From Octopus bimaculoides (taxonomy: Eukaryota), in NCBI RefSeq assembly GCF_001194135.2, contig NC_068991.1, positions 40,399,423-40,463,422 on the forward strand: a DNA stretch of 64,000 nucleotides, written 5' to 3'. A program made the translations under genes and the position numbers. The notes under the pieces are model-generated. The model was not told the DNA's origin. It did no database searches and saw only the letters and a program-made list of their open reading frames with translations. Numbering within the stretch: the stretch's first letter is position 1; each line of letters opens with the position of its first letter. This document shows positions 12,600 through 24,240 of this stretch, piece by piece.

Positions 12600-12905
12600 T
12601 CATCCATCCATCTATCTATCTTCTCCAGCCACTATTCCCGGGGTGGGGGGGGGAATGGGAGTGGAGTCCTCAGGCACCTCCTTCATAGGGTCCTATCAGA
12701 AGCAACCCTTGTAAGACTATCTGGCTGGATTCCCAAGCATGCCCAATTAAGACTATGGACATTATTCTACCATCTCATTCTTGGCCTATCCTTAAGTCTC
12801 CTGCCAGTTGACTTGGCTTGAAGAATCTGTCCTGCAGTTCTTTTCCTGCAACATTCTAATCACATATCCTAGTTCTGGAGCTGCAACTCTCAATGCTTCT
12901 AGAAA
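12600..12905 (-). mobile_element. RTE-type LINE 3' fragment (same family as 52940-53335)
   Basis: The reverse complement matches 53040-53335 (ttcttcaagc..agtcaactggcaggagac...ctggctggatt) and ends in a (GGAT)n tail. Confidence 0.6.
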
Positions 12906-14353
12906 ATTCCTTGATAATTTATCACCACCACAACCCAAAAAGAATCAGCAAAGGGTACCAAATTTAATCAAAAGCTAATATTAGTTTATCTGCTCAGAAA
13001 ATCTTATTGTTATCATATCTACTTTTCCATGCAGACATGGGGTGGATTGGGCTTTTTGAAACAATGTTTATCCCCAGTTGCTCTACCCGACACCAACACC
13101 TTCAGTCATCTCTTACAACAGACAGGGATATAGTGAACCTATTTCTAAAAGCCAGGATACACATGGGAGAGATATTCAAAAGAAAATATGGCAGCCTCAG
13201 ATCCTGCAAGAGCAGCATCTATAAACCAAGAGACAGTGAGTTAACACTGACTGCAGTTCTAAACCAGATTCTATAATGCGTTTAGGTATTATGACATTCA
13301 AAAATACATACACATAAAGTCTCTTTCTCTCTTGCACACACCATTTTACATCTACTTTCCATGATGACACAGGTTAGGCAGGTCATCACAATTCAAGTCA
13401 GTTTTCGTTTTAGGTTACCACCCTCCTAAGCTTGGCCAGAGATCACTTCTCTCATCCATTTTCATTCTAGTTGCTCATTTCCATCACATCTTTCTACATT
13501 GTTACTTTGATACTGTCTTTGATTTGCAGATGTATACACTAGTTTTTATGTTGATCATTTTGTGTGTTCTTTTACTTATGTATGCTTGTGTACATATATT
13601 TGTTTGAGTGTATATCTACAATACTCATTATTGCATACATATTCACATACCTATATACATATATGTAGAAAGCATTGCACACTTAAGAAAACCAAATATG
13701 GCATCAAAGGTACAATATTGAGTATGCAATGGAAAATCACATTTTCTAGAGCAGAAATATTGGCTTGTCCTGTGAAATAATTAACATATTCATTATTTCT
13801 TGTGATATGATATCATTGGCAAAACTGCTTGTTGCTTTTAACAAAAATGATACATAGTAGTTTTAACTGAAAATTATCTGTACAATTGTAACCTTTCAGT
13901 TTTTGTTAAATATTTTAAACAAAAACAATATAGATATAAGAGAATAAACTCTGTACATGGTAGATTTTTAAATCTAGTAAGACCTAAATCACGTAAATAC
14001 ATTGGCAGGTTTTTATGTATTGGTACTGCTTAAATCTGGTATTTAGGGACTAGGTTGAGACCAGACATAAATTATATCTATTCAACCTTGATTTTTTAAA
14101 TATCATAGCAAAATTGACTTCTCATGTACTTTTATAATAAAAACTGAACATTCCAGACAAACAAGAAGGCTGAAATCTGGTTGAGAGGTTTCATAAACAG
14201 ATATTATAAGTTTATTACTACATGTCACTTCACTTGACATTATGATGTCAAAATTCTTGTTTGAATATATTATTATGTTATTAATAATGAACATCCTTTA
14301 ATGTATAGAGACAATGATTCCAATCTTGCATATTTCATATCAGTAGCTGTTAA

Positions 14354-14570
14354 CCCATTAAGTCCCAAAGTACTTAAATTTCTGAATATTACTTTTAAAT
14401 TTTTACAGATTGAAAGAGGTTAAAATGAAAAAAATAATTATTAAAACTCCTTTACTTCAAGTAGAAATCGAAATACTTGGTGTCCTATAAATAGGACACT
14501 GAGACAATTTGATATAGCTTATTTAATGTTCTCATTTAGTGTCCTATTTATAGGACAGCTTCTCAAAACA
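14354..14570. mobile_element. TTAA|CCC-starting piggyBac-like non-autonomous fragment with a paired palindrome
   Basis: Begins ttaa|cccattaagtccc at 14350-14366. Contains a perfect 20-bp inverted pair at 14481-14500 and 14538-14557. The right end was not identified. Confidence 0.4.
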
Positions 14571-15187
14571 TTTTACTTGAAACATCCTTCTAACAAAATT
14601 TTATTTCCATATAACCTTTCCACCACTCACCCACCCCCAAAATAAATTATAAATCATATGTTATATTCCAAAACATAACCAATTTACTACTTTTTATTAC
14701 AAATTACACAGGAAAATAATCAGTCTACTATAAATGCAGAAGTACCTTTAATGTTTGAATTATTTTTTTAATGGGAAGAATGTGTTTAATGGACACAGAG
14801 ATCTTGAATATTAGGTTGTAGCTTTGTGAGTTTGTGCCACATATTGTATGTTCAAAGTGCTCCTGCGTTTGACGAGTAAATAATGTACATGGCTAAATCC
14901 AGATTCCACCATATGTTTAGAAAAGCATGTAAAGTGGGTTTGACAGATGTGCAAAGCTCTGAATATTTTGCTCAGGAAGTTCTTTTCAAGAGAACCCCCT
15001 AAGTTTTTATTCACTTCCAGTGGTCTATATGAACCACTCTGAGAAGCCTTGAGTTAAACTGTACAAGCATCTGTTCCAAGAAAAGCAACTTTTGGTCCCT
15101 GAAAACTAAATTGTGACTAAGATCCTGCTTCCTAACATTTCTTACTATATTTCAATTTTGAGATTTATGAAAAGTTTTTACATGAAC

Positions 15188-15225
<38 letters not shown>

Positions 15226-15405
15226 CCTTTCTACTGAAGGCACAAGGCCTGAAATTTGGGGTGGGGAACTAGTCGGTTACATTGCCCCCAGTGTTTCACC
15301 GGTACTTAATTTATCGACCCCAAAAGGATGAAAGGCAAAGTCAACCTCGGTGGAATTTGAACTCAGAACGTCAGGGCAGACGAAATGGGTGAAGTGCCTC
15401 CTAAT
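15226..15405 (-). mobile_element. tRNA-derived SINE, family 2, with an (AAT)n tail at 15189-15225
   Basis: cctttctactgaaggcacaaggcctgaaatttgggg...ccggtacttaatttatcgaccccaaaaggatgaaaggcaaagtcaacctcggtggaatttgaactcagaacg. Confidence 0.88.
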
Positions 15406-15655
15406 CAGAATATTAGATGACATAAAACAATCTAACACAAATAATGCAATTGTCAGACATCATACATTTTTTATCAACTTAAGTTTCAAGTCAACAAACA
15501 TGCCCATTATTTTTATTTGCAAAGTCATTAAATGAATGGACTTACTTTTCTCAGTCTTACAATGTATATTATAATGAAAAGTCTGTGTGTGTGTTCCATT
15601 CATCACTTTTTAGTCACTATTAATAATATGATCTTTATTTTTTTTTTGTCTATAG

Positions 15656-15898
15656 TTGAGGAAGATGTACAGGAATCTTCTGATGAAGCTGGATGGATAG
15701 AAGGTTTAGCAATCTTAGTAGCTGTCATTGTAGTTGTATTAGTCACTGCCTTTAATGATTGGCGAAAAGAAAAACAATTCAGGGGATTACAAAGTAAAAT
15801 TGAACATGAACACAAGTTTAGTACAATACGTGCTGCCGAAGTGATTGAGATTCCTGTTGGTGAACTTGTTGTGGGAGATATCTGCCTTGTTAAATATG
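15656..15898 (+). CDS. PMCA: PMCA coding exon B: TM2 and start of the actuator domain (243 nt, phase 1-1)
   Basis: Translates as (I)[81 protein letters not shown]. The acceptor is ttttttgtctatag|TT and the donor is TATG|gtaagt. The frame joins exon A without a shift. Confidence 0.96.
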
Positions 15899-16544
15899 GT
15901 AAGTTCACTTTTTATTTATTTCCGTTCATCTCTATCACATCAAATATTCACTTTAAAAAATAACATATACTTTTTATTTTCTTTCTTTTCTTTTCTTTCT
16001 CTAGTTTCCAAGTAATTTAATTTAGTTTCTAGGTAAATGTTTTGTTTAATAGTTTTACTTTTTATGTTAATCATTATTTTTAAAAGTGGGTAACATGTAA
16101 AATTTTCTTTTTTTTTGTTTACATTTTAAATCACTCAAAATTCTATCTCTAATTTAATATCTATGCTTTTCATATGTCAAACCATAAATACTTACTTCAA
16201 TTCTTGTAAATATTCTTTACAAATCTTGTCCTTCATATTTGGAATTGTTCAGTCAGCAATAGAGTTAAAATAATACTTCTCAAAGCTTGCATTGAAGCAG
16301 TTCTGTTCTGTAGCAGCAAAGGTTGGACCTTTACATAAACACAAAACAAAAGACACAAATGCCGAACATGGCACTCTTTTACAATTTGTTGCTCAAAGAA
16401 CCAATAGTGAATGGATAAATACAAGAGAGCAGACTTTCTCAGCTGATAACATTTTATGCTAAAAATATTGATTTTGACTGGGCTTGCGTGGAGATGACCA
16501 AATATGAGACTGACTACTTTTTAAAATCACACAATTAGAGATAC

Positions 16545-16990
16545 ATCATCATCATTGTTTTAACATCCACTTTTCCATCTTTACTTGGGTCAGATAGAGT
16601 TTATTGGAGTAGATTTTCTACAGTTAGACACCCTTTCTGTTGCCAAGCTTCATCTGTTTCCAAGCAAGGTAATATTTTCCTATGGCCTGACATGTTTTTG
16701 CAGAATATTGGAAATAAATAACACTGCTTGTCTGACAGTAAGCCTCATTTACAACTATCATGTAATGTCATGGCAAGCATAAGCACACTCACCCATACAT
16801 ATAAATGCATATATAAATATATGATTGGTTTCTTTCAGTTTCCATCTACCAAATCCTCTCACAAAGCTTTCCTTAAGTCAGGGCTATAGCAGATGACACC
16901 TACCCAAAGAGCCATGCAGTGGGACTGAACTCAAAACCATGTGGTTGGGAAGCAAACTTCTTAACCACGCTGTCATACATGCACCTAAAC
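16545..16990 (-). mobile_element. Composite SINE: family-1 tRNA/CORE-like head, microsatellite, unique body and RTE-type 3' tail
   Basis: 16800-16990 is the reverse complement of the head of the 57308 SINE. 16545-16790 carries the RTE tail (catcatcatc..ttaacatccacttttccat...gacaccctttctgttgccaa). The layout is the same as 35968-36400. Confidence 0.72.
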
Positions 16991-17128
16991 CATACCTGTG
17001 CAACTTAGAGTATTACAATGTTAGAAAGTGCTTTGCAAAACACAGATTTTCCAAGGTAATAACGGTCTGACCAGATGAAGTATAAGATTTAGTGAAGTTG
17101 CCATGGATAGGGATCAATGGTCAAAGTA

Positions 17129-18018
17129 TAGGGTGGAGCAGAAAGGACAGACATTTTTGAAAAAGTTACAAAATCATTAACTTTAGCTGCAAACAAATTT
17201 TATTGACATCGTGTTCATACTGAATTAGCATTTATCAAAATCAAGTGTGGAAAACAACATCCATCAAAAGGTGTCCATTTTCATTGATGCATTTCTGAAG
17301 GCATTCTTGGAAGTTGGCTTCCACTCTCTCCAGTATTGTTCTGTCGATTTGGGTGACATTGCTCTATCAGATTTTCTAGAGCCCAATAACAACAGTTCTG
17401 TTGATTCACCATGCCATTGAGATGAAAATGAGCTTCATGCGTTAACAAAATGAGGTTGTCATTTGCCTCAAAAATTACTTTCATCTGACATGCAAAGTTA
17501 AGCCACTGTGCATAGTCCCATGTTTCTACTGTTGCTCAGTGATCAATGCAAGTCTTCATGCAAAATATGCTTTACCAATGCCAAGTTCAGTGGAATGCCT
17601 CCAAGCAGAGCAATTCGGACTCCATATCAAAATTTGTTTGACGCATTCCACATTTTCCAGGATCCGTACCATTCATGGTACCCCCCACCGCCACCAGTCT
17701 CCTCTTCATTAGTGTACCTCATGTACAAAGTGTATTCACCTAATGTAAGATTTTGTTACAGGTGGGAACAGCCTGATTTCGGTGAATGTTGAAGTGGCAC
17801 CAAAACTCACACTCAACTGCTGTGACAGACTCATTCTTTATGTAACTGTTATAGGTAAACACACGATGCTCTATCATTCACAGTGCCATGGCTTTACCTG
17901 AAAAGAAAAAAGATGTTAAGACACCAAGACCGAATGGCACTTGTCGGACATGTGTCCCTCCCCCTGGGGCTGAGTAATAGCCATTTCAAAAATGTCCATC
18001 CTCTCATCCCCCAGCCTG
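17129..18018 (-). mobile_element. Internally deleted Tc1/mariner element (DD41D/rosa-like motifs) with degenerate TIRs and TA flanks
   Basis: The left TIR is ta|tagggtggagcagaaaggacagacatttttgaa and the right is ttcaaaaatgtccatcctctcatcccccagcctg|ta. The minus strand reads LTHEAHFHLNGMVNQQNCCYWALEN (SDEAHFHLNG.VNKQNCRYW..ENP), joined directly to the C-terminal CINENGHLLMDVVFHT*. Confidence 0.8.
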
Positions 18019-18530
18019 TAGATAGGCCAGTGTTGAGTGCAAAGCAACTGTTACATCATAGACTACTCTTTATGCAAATGGAAGAAACATGGAGTAAAAT
18101 ATGTCAAAATTGTGCATTTGTTGCATATGATAGAAAATCTTATATTCCACAATTATTTTTTTCCTTCTTACTATCTTGACTAGCTGATGATTTGCCAAAT
18201 TATTTACCTACCAAAGACCTTGTCTTATGTCAGATAGTGATACTGTTCCTTCTTTAGGTAGTTTTAATAAGGAACCTATTGCTTGTTTCAAACTATCAGC
18301 TGTACGGCATTTCTTGTAGCTTTTTCAAACAATCGTGGTCTTTTATGTGGTTAATTTCAAACAATCATACAGTCTTACATGTAGCTTATTTCAAACAGTG
18401 AGTTGTGCTATTTTGCATAAAGCAGCAGTCAGTTATACAGTCTTTTAATCAGCTGTGATGTCTTTTAGGTAGAATTTTGCTATAAATGAAGAATGTAAAC
18501 AATATTTTATTATAATTATCATTTTGTAAT

Positions 18531-18742
18531 TTATCTAACATTTAATCCAGCCCAAATATTCTATCCGTTTTATGCTCAAACTGATCAGATCTAGCCTCTC
18601 ACACGTACCCTGCAATGTCATTCTAAACTTAAATAATCACTTCATCAAAATATGAGAGCTACAAGATAATACATAATTAATTCAAAACAATGTGAATAAA
18701 TAAGCATTACATTTGACAGAGTAACCTGAATGCTAGTGTTAA
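18531..18742. mobile_element. ~220-bp TTAA-flanked MITE, family M1 (decayed)
   Basis: Aligns by eye to 49527-49746: cccaaatattcta.c.gttttatg.tcaaact...ttaattcaaaacaatgtg..taaataagcattacatttgacagagtaa.ctgaa.gcta. Confidence 0.75.
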
Positions 18743-19559
18743 ACTGGTTTCTTGTCAGAAGTACTTTACATGTCGAATTATACTTCCAGTGATATATCAT
18801 AAACAGCAAGTGTAGATTGATTTAGACAGAAGCTTAACGTGTAGTAAAACAGAAATGTTATATTTGTTCTTGTAGATTTTTTTAAAGTTCAATTAATATT
18901 ATTCAAATTGAATTAAAAATAAAAGATCATTCTGAGCTTCAGGCAGTTCAATGTTTAACTCTAAATATTAAAAAAAAAAAAAAATTAAATGTAAAATAAT
19001 TTACATGTGCACCTTTAATGTGATAATTAGATTATAAAATGATTATCTTTTATTCTTTCAATGATAACTGAACTTCCAAATTTCTCCCTATTTCAACTTT
19101 GCATGAATTTTGTTTTTTTGTTTTTTTAATCTGTAACCTTTTCCACATATTGTATTGTGTGACAACACACTTCCAAATCTATGTTCTTTTGTTTGGTAAA
19201 CAGTACTTAAAAAAGGCTCCTTTATTTATTTATTTTTTTTTTTTTATGTGCGTGTAGAAATATATTTTTACTGTGTTGAACTGATGTTGAATTTATTTAG
19301 TACATGTTCTATATGGCTATATACATATGTGCACGTAATGGAGTAAATCATGACAGACTCCTTGTCTTTGTTAAGATATCCCTTTAGGAGAAGGAAATGC
19401 CAAAGTAACACCTGCCTCATTGCAAAGCCAGAAATCTTGCTCTTGCTTGTTTCTGGACTACTTGGCTTTGTTGGTGGAAGTCTTAGAAAGGTTTTGTATA
19501 AGCTGTTATTGACTTCGAATTTCAGCAAAGGCATTACTGATAGCCATTACCTTTAAAAA

Positions 19560-19895
19560 GGATAAAGACCCCCTTCAGTTATGAATGACCATGGGATTGC
19601 ACCTAGAAAGTTCCCCTCCAAGGTACAAGTCCAGGCAAGTTTGTTTACGGAAGACCAGCAGTCGCCCATGCATACCAGCCTTCCCTCTCCATGCCACCAG
19701 TGTTATCCAAGGGAACGGCAAAGGTTGATACAGCTTGGCACCAGTGACATCGCATCTTATTTCTACAGCTGAGTAAGCTGGAGCAACATGAACTAAAGTG
19801 TCTTGCTTAAGAACACAACACACAGCCTGGTCCAAGAATCAAACTCACTACCTCATGATGTGTGAGCCCGACACTCTGACCACTGAGTCATGTGA
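19560..19895 (-). mobile_element. tRNA-derived SINE, family 3 (V/Meta-like central segment)
   Basis: The minus strand reads atgactcagtggtcagagtg (A box) ... gagtttgattcttgg (B box) ... gtgttgtgttcttaagcaagacacttta, followed by a unique body. Confidence 0.7.
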
Positions 19896-21384
19896 AGATG
19901 ATTTTTCAGTGATGGTCATACTCCTTTTTTGAGTTGATAGCCACCCATGTATGTACATATATATATATATGTGTGTGTGTGTGTTTATAATGTCTTCTGA
20001 GAATATTAGATGATTTACTTGTGAAAGTGGCCCCTTCTAACTAAAATACCAGCATTTTTTTTCTTATTATTTAATTACTATTTATATAGAAATTAGTTAT
20101 ATCCATATAGTTATAAAACAGCTCAGAAGTCAGATCTTTAGCATACTACCTGCTAATTAATAATTTCCTATTGCACATTTTGAACCCAAACTCTACATCT
20201 TTTTTTTTTAGCACCTTCTTTATAGTAGTTACCCATGGGAATAATTTTGATTTTGTTGCATATCTTTTAATCATCATGGCATCACTGACATACCATTCTT
20301 AGGGACATATATAAAATTGTGAATATATTTGTGTAATTTTCTTCTTAATAATAAAAATCATATTAAATTGACACTTGTATAAATATTTCTGTCTCTCAGA
20401 TTCTTTGAGAGTTAATGTGTACATATGTAATCAAGTATAGATGAACAAATATATGTCTTTATACGCTGCCTCTGTTCATCAATTGCTGCAATTATTAGAT
20501 GTAATGTTTTGATATTTGTAACAGCTGCAAAATAATTTATAATCTTATAAATTTTGCCTCCTGGCAAATTTTATTTCTAAACTGATGCATTTTTGTAAGT
20601 TTCTTTTATAGCACAAATACACAATCACTATAAAACTGAAGAACATAGTTTTGTACCCAGCTGTTTCTACTTGTAAGGAAGACAGTTAAAACCTTCAAAA
20701 ATCATTTCAAATGTTATGCCTTACAATTTCTAAAGATCTTTCAACAACTTCACATTACCACTCCCAAAACAAGGCTTCATCTTCAGAATTAGAAAATACT
20801 TCAGCTCTAGCTTAAGTAGGATTCATATTGGAATACTGCTCGCATATATTATTGGATAGTTCTGCTTGTATACACACATACATTAGTCATTAGCTTGCAA
20901 GCATACTGTTTTTTTTTGTTTTTTTTAATATTTTTCCCTTTCTACCTTTGTTGTTAAATTCTACCATTTTCTTTTTCAAATCCATTGCAAGCATTTTGTT
21001 GTAGTTATAGGCATGAAATCTTTTGGTGTAAAGTGACAAACCCACACAGTTTCTGTCTACCAAATTTTATTCAAATGGTTTTGGTTGACCCAATATAGGA
21101 GCAAGCAGAATTGAACTCAGAACCACTGGTTTGCAAAATAAACTTCTTAATCATATCACTGTGCCTGTACTCTATGTCTGGAGAAGAGTAACAGGTGGTA
21201 TTCCTTTCTCTGTCTTGATGTTAAGATATACCATAAACATTTCATAAGAAATACAAGAAATGTGCCTATTTATAAATTAAAAAGAAGAACTAGATGACAG
21301 GACCAAGGTATGTGGTGCATTGCTGTTTTCAAGAAGACCTGCTCACTACAACAGAGTTAAGGTCCTAAAACCAATGTGCTATGT

Positions 21385-21620
21385 AAAAAGCACTGGTGTG
21401 AGTGCTGGTGCCACATAAAATGCACTGGTGCTGGTGCTGCATAAAAGCACCCAGTACACTCTGTAAAGTGATTGATGTTAGGAAGGGCATCCAACCATAG
21501 AAACCAAACCAAAACAGACTATGGAACCTGATGCAACTCCTGGCCTTGTCAGTTCCTGTCAAACTGTCCAACCATTGCCAGTATGGAAAACAAACGTTAA
21601 ATGATGATGATGATGATGAA
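21385..21620 (+). mobile_element. RTE-tail element (3' UTR fragment with (GAT)n tail)
   Basis: ggtgccacataaaa...taaagtgattgatgttaggaagggcatccaaccatagaaacc...ccagtatggaaaacaaacgttaaatgatgatgatgatgatg. Confidence 0.8.
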
Positions 21621-21659
21621 CTAATAGGAGATTGGTTGCTTCTCATTCAGAAAAGTACA

Positions 21660-22016
21660 GTCATGGTTATGTGGTAAGAAGCTTGCTTCCCAACCACATG
21701 ATCCCAGGTTCAATCTCACTGCGTGGTACCTTGGGCAAATGTCTTCTACTATAGCCTTAGGCCTTATGAGTGGCTTTGGTAGATGGAAACTGTTTNNNNN
21801 NNNNNNNNNNNNNNNNNNNNNNNNNNNNNNNNNNNNNNNNNNCCACTGCTTGACAACCAGCATTGGTGTGTTTATGTCCCTGTAACTTAGCAGTTCAGCC
21901 TAAGGGACCAATAGAACAAGTACTAGACTTAAATAAATCCTAGGGTCGATTTGTTCGACTAAAACCCTTCACGGTGGTACTCTAGCATGGCCACAGTCAA
22001 TTAACAGAAACAAGAT
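21660..22016 (+). mobile_element. SINE family 1 (tRNA head and CORE-like segment), spanning an N-gap
   Basis: ggttatgtggtaagaagcttgcttcccaaccacatg...ggtaccttgggcaaatgtcttc...gcttgacaacc...gtaacttagcagttcagc...ggtcgatttgttcgact. Confidence 0.82.
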
Positions 22017-22079
22017 AAAGGATCCTTGATGATGTTATGTAAAGAGAATGCTGTGATAGACTGTTAACTAAAGTTTAAT

Positions 22080-24240
22080 AACTATCTGCAGAGGTATTGG
22101 AAATATTCTAAAGAGTGCGTATAGTGGTGTTTAGTGTTTAGATTATGCCGTGCCCCCCACTTTTTTTTTCTCTTAAAGATTAGGGAGTAGTAGTAGTAGA
22201 GCTTGGAAGTTGTATATACATAACTAAATATATATATATTGTTGGAGAGAGCTATTGATTTGTTAATTTGAGAATATACCATTGTAGAATCAATGACGCT
22301 ATATGTATAGGAGAATAGTATGTCTACAAGTTACTTTAATAAGATTTCTGTAGATTAGGCTTTGTTGGTGGGAGTATTTGAAGATTGCTTGGGGGCCTTA
22401 GATGCTTAGTCTAACATGTTCAGTACCACATTCTGTGGATTGAGATTGTCTTTTGTTTAATCTTCTGGTTGATTTCTACTATTAAAGAGACTATTCATCG
22501 TATGATTAGATGTATAAGTTTGAAAAGTGTTTCTTGATTGCTTGTTAGACAATGTTACTATAGAGTATTGATATGCTATGGCTGTTGTTCAAAATAGCTC
22601 TACAGAGTGGTGGTTCATTTTGTGTTGTTTTAATATAAATGAAGACCGTTTCCTGAATTTTTTAATATTTCATATTTTGTCTATTTCTTTGTTTAGTTGC
22701 TTGATGTTTGCTTTATTTTTATAGTATGTAACCCTGCTTTGTTTTAAGAGACAATTTAGTTTATATTGTTGGGATTGTTACAATGTCTCTGTAATTGTTT
22801 TATTTAATATCAAGGTTGGTAATTGTAGAATTCATAACAACTAATTTACTTTCAGTCTATTGGTCTCAAGGTTGGGCATGGATGAAGTCTTGTAATTAGT
22901 GAACAGGCTTTTTCTTTCATGCATTAATCTGTTAAGATGATGAGTGATATATAGTCTAAAGCTATTTCAGGAATTGTTTTCCACACAAAGAATAAGTTTG
23001 TTGCCCAAGAACTAATATCATAGTGAAGAGTATAGCATAGAGTTTAGCTGGGGTACTATTGTACCCCAAGCAGACACATAGAATATGGGTAATCAGTTGA
23101 ACAACCAAATACAATCTACAGCAGTAATATTTCATATACTTTATGCTTCTGCTTAGTTGAAGGCAGTGGTTTATAGTTTGAGGATAATGTAGAAGTCTAG
23201 GTGTATTATTGTTATTGTTGTTTTTTATTCTTTTGGGGTTTTTTTTGGTGGGGAGGTCCAGTTATGCTGTAAGTTTTGGTTATGGCCACAGCACAGTTGC
23301 CAAACAAATGGACAAAGTTGAAATGCAAAAGAAAATGCAGCTGTATTTTTGTTCAATCTAGCAAGGTGCTATTTTTGGCAATGTGAGTGGTAGTGTTCCT
23401 ACAATGTTATAGTATTCTGGGATGTTGTATCTAAATGTTTGAGGAGGTCTTAAATATGAATGTGGACTTTGTACACCTTAAGATTATGTAAAGTGTACTA
23501 TTGTATGTTCTTTGTAATTTAGGGTGTTGAAGAAAGATTGCAAGTCTGGGCATGACTTGCCTATGATCCATGATCAGTCTTATATATCTGTTGTTTTTAC
23601 GTTTCAGGGAATAAGGGACAACTAAAAGTATGGATTAGAATGTAGAATTGGCAAAAGAGTTTATTATCGTGGGGTTCTGGGAGATAAGACTCAGTAGGGG
23701 TAATAATGGAAATAAAAGAGATGTATCAGATGGACTTAGGTGTTGTTGAGATATGCAGCTTGCAAGCTCAGAAGAACAAAAGAAAGGAGCAAATGATAGA
23801 CAAAAAATATAGTTTGTAGTTTCTATTGGCTAGTGCTTTTAGTTATGGCGATAAGTAATTTTTCGCTGATCAGTCTGATTGCCCATTTAGATGTGGGCCA
23901 GGATATTAGTAGGACTCACTTCAGTTCTGTAGATGGTCAGCAGCTGGGTAGGATGGCAGTATTTTTTGCCTCAAATGAGGAATCTTAGTCTTTATAATGC
24001 AGATTTAGCAATGTGAACTTGTCTTGAGAGACCATCAAATAATGCTACTTTCGTTTGTAATTCAATGACTAAAGAGGTTGAAGTACAAGATTATTTCCTT
24101 GTTAGATGTAGTAATTTTGTCTTCTTGTTGTGAAAAGAGACTAAGTTGCTGTGTACCTATCGAAGGATTTAAAACTTTTTTTGGCATGAGGTGTCTCTGT
24201 TGTGTGTATGTGTGTGTGCATAACACCTGTCTCTTTTAAA
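22080..24240 (-). mobile_element. Heavily decayed non-LTR (CR1/Jockey-like) retrotransposon remnant
   Basis: The minus strand near 23000-23070 reads SAWGTIVPQLNSMLYSSL...NKLILCVENN, a degenerate GVPQGS.L.P.LF...L.LYADD. The surrounding strand-biased composition is LINE-like. There are many stop codons. Confidence 0.4.

Noticed and set aside
15603-15908. 101-aa minus-strand ORF
   Set aside because: The antisense shadow of PMCA exon B.
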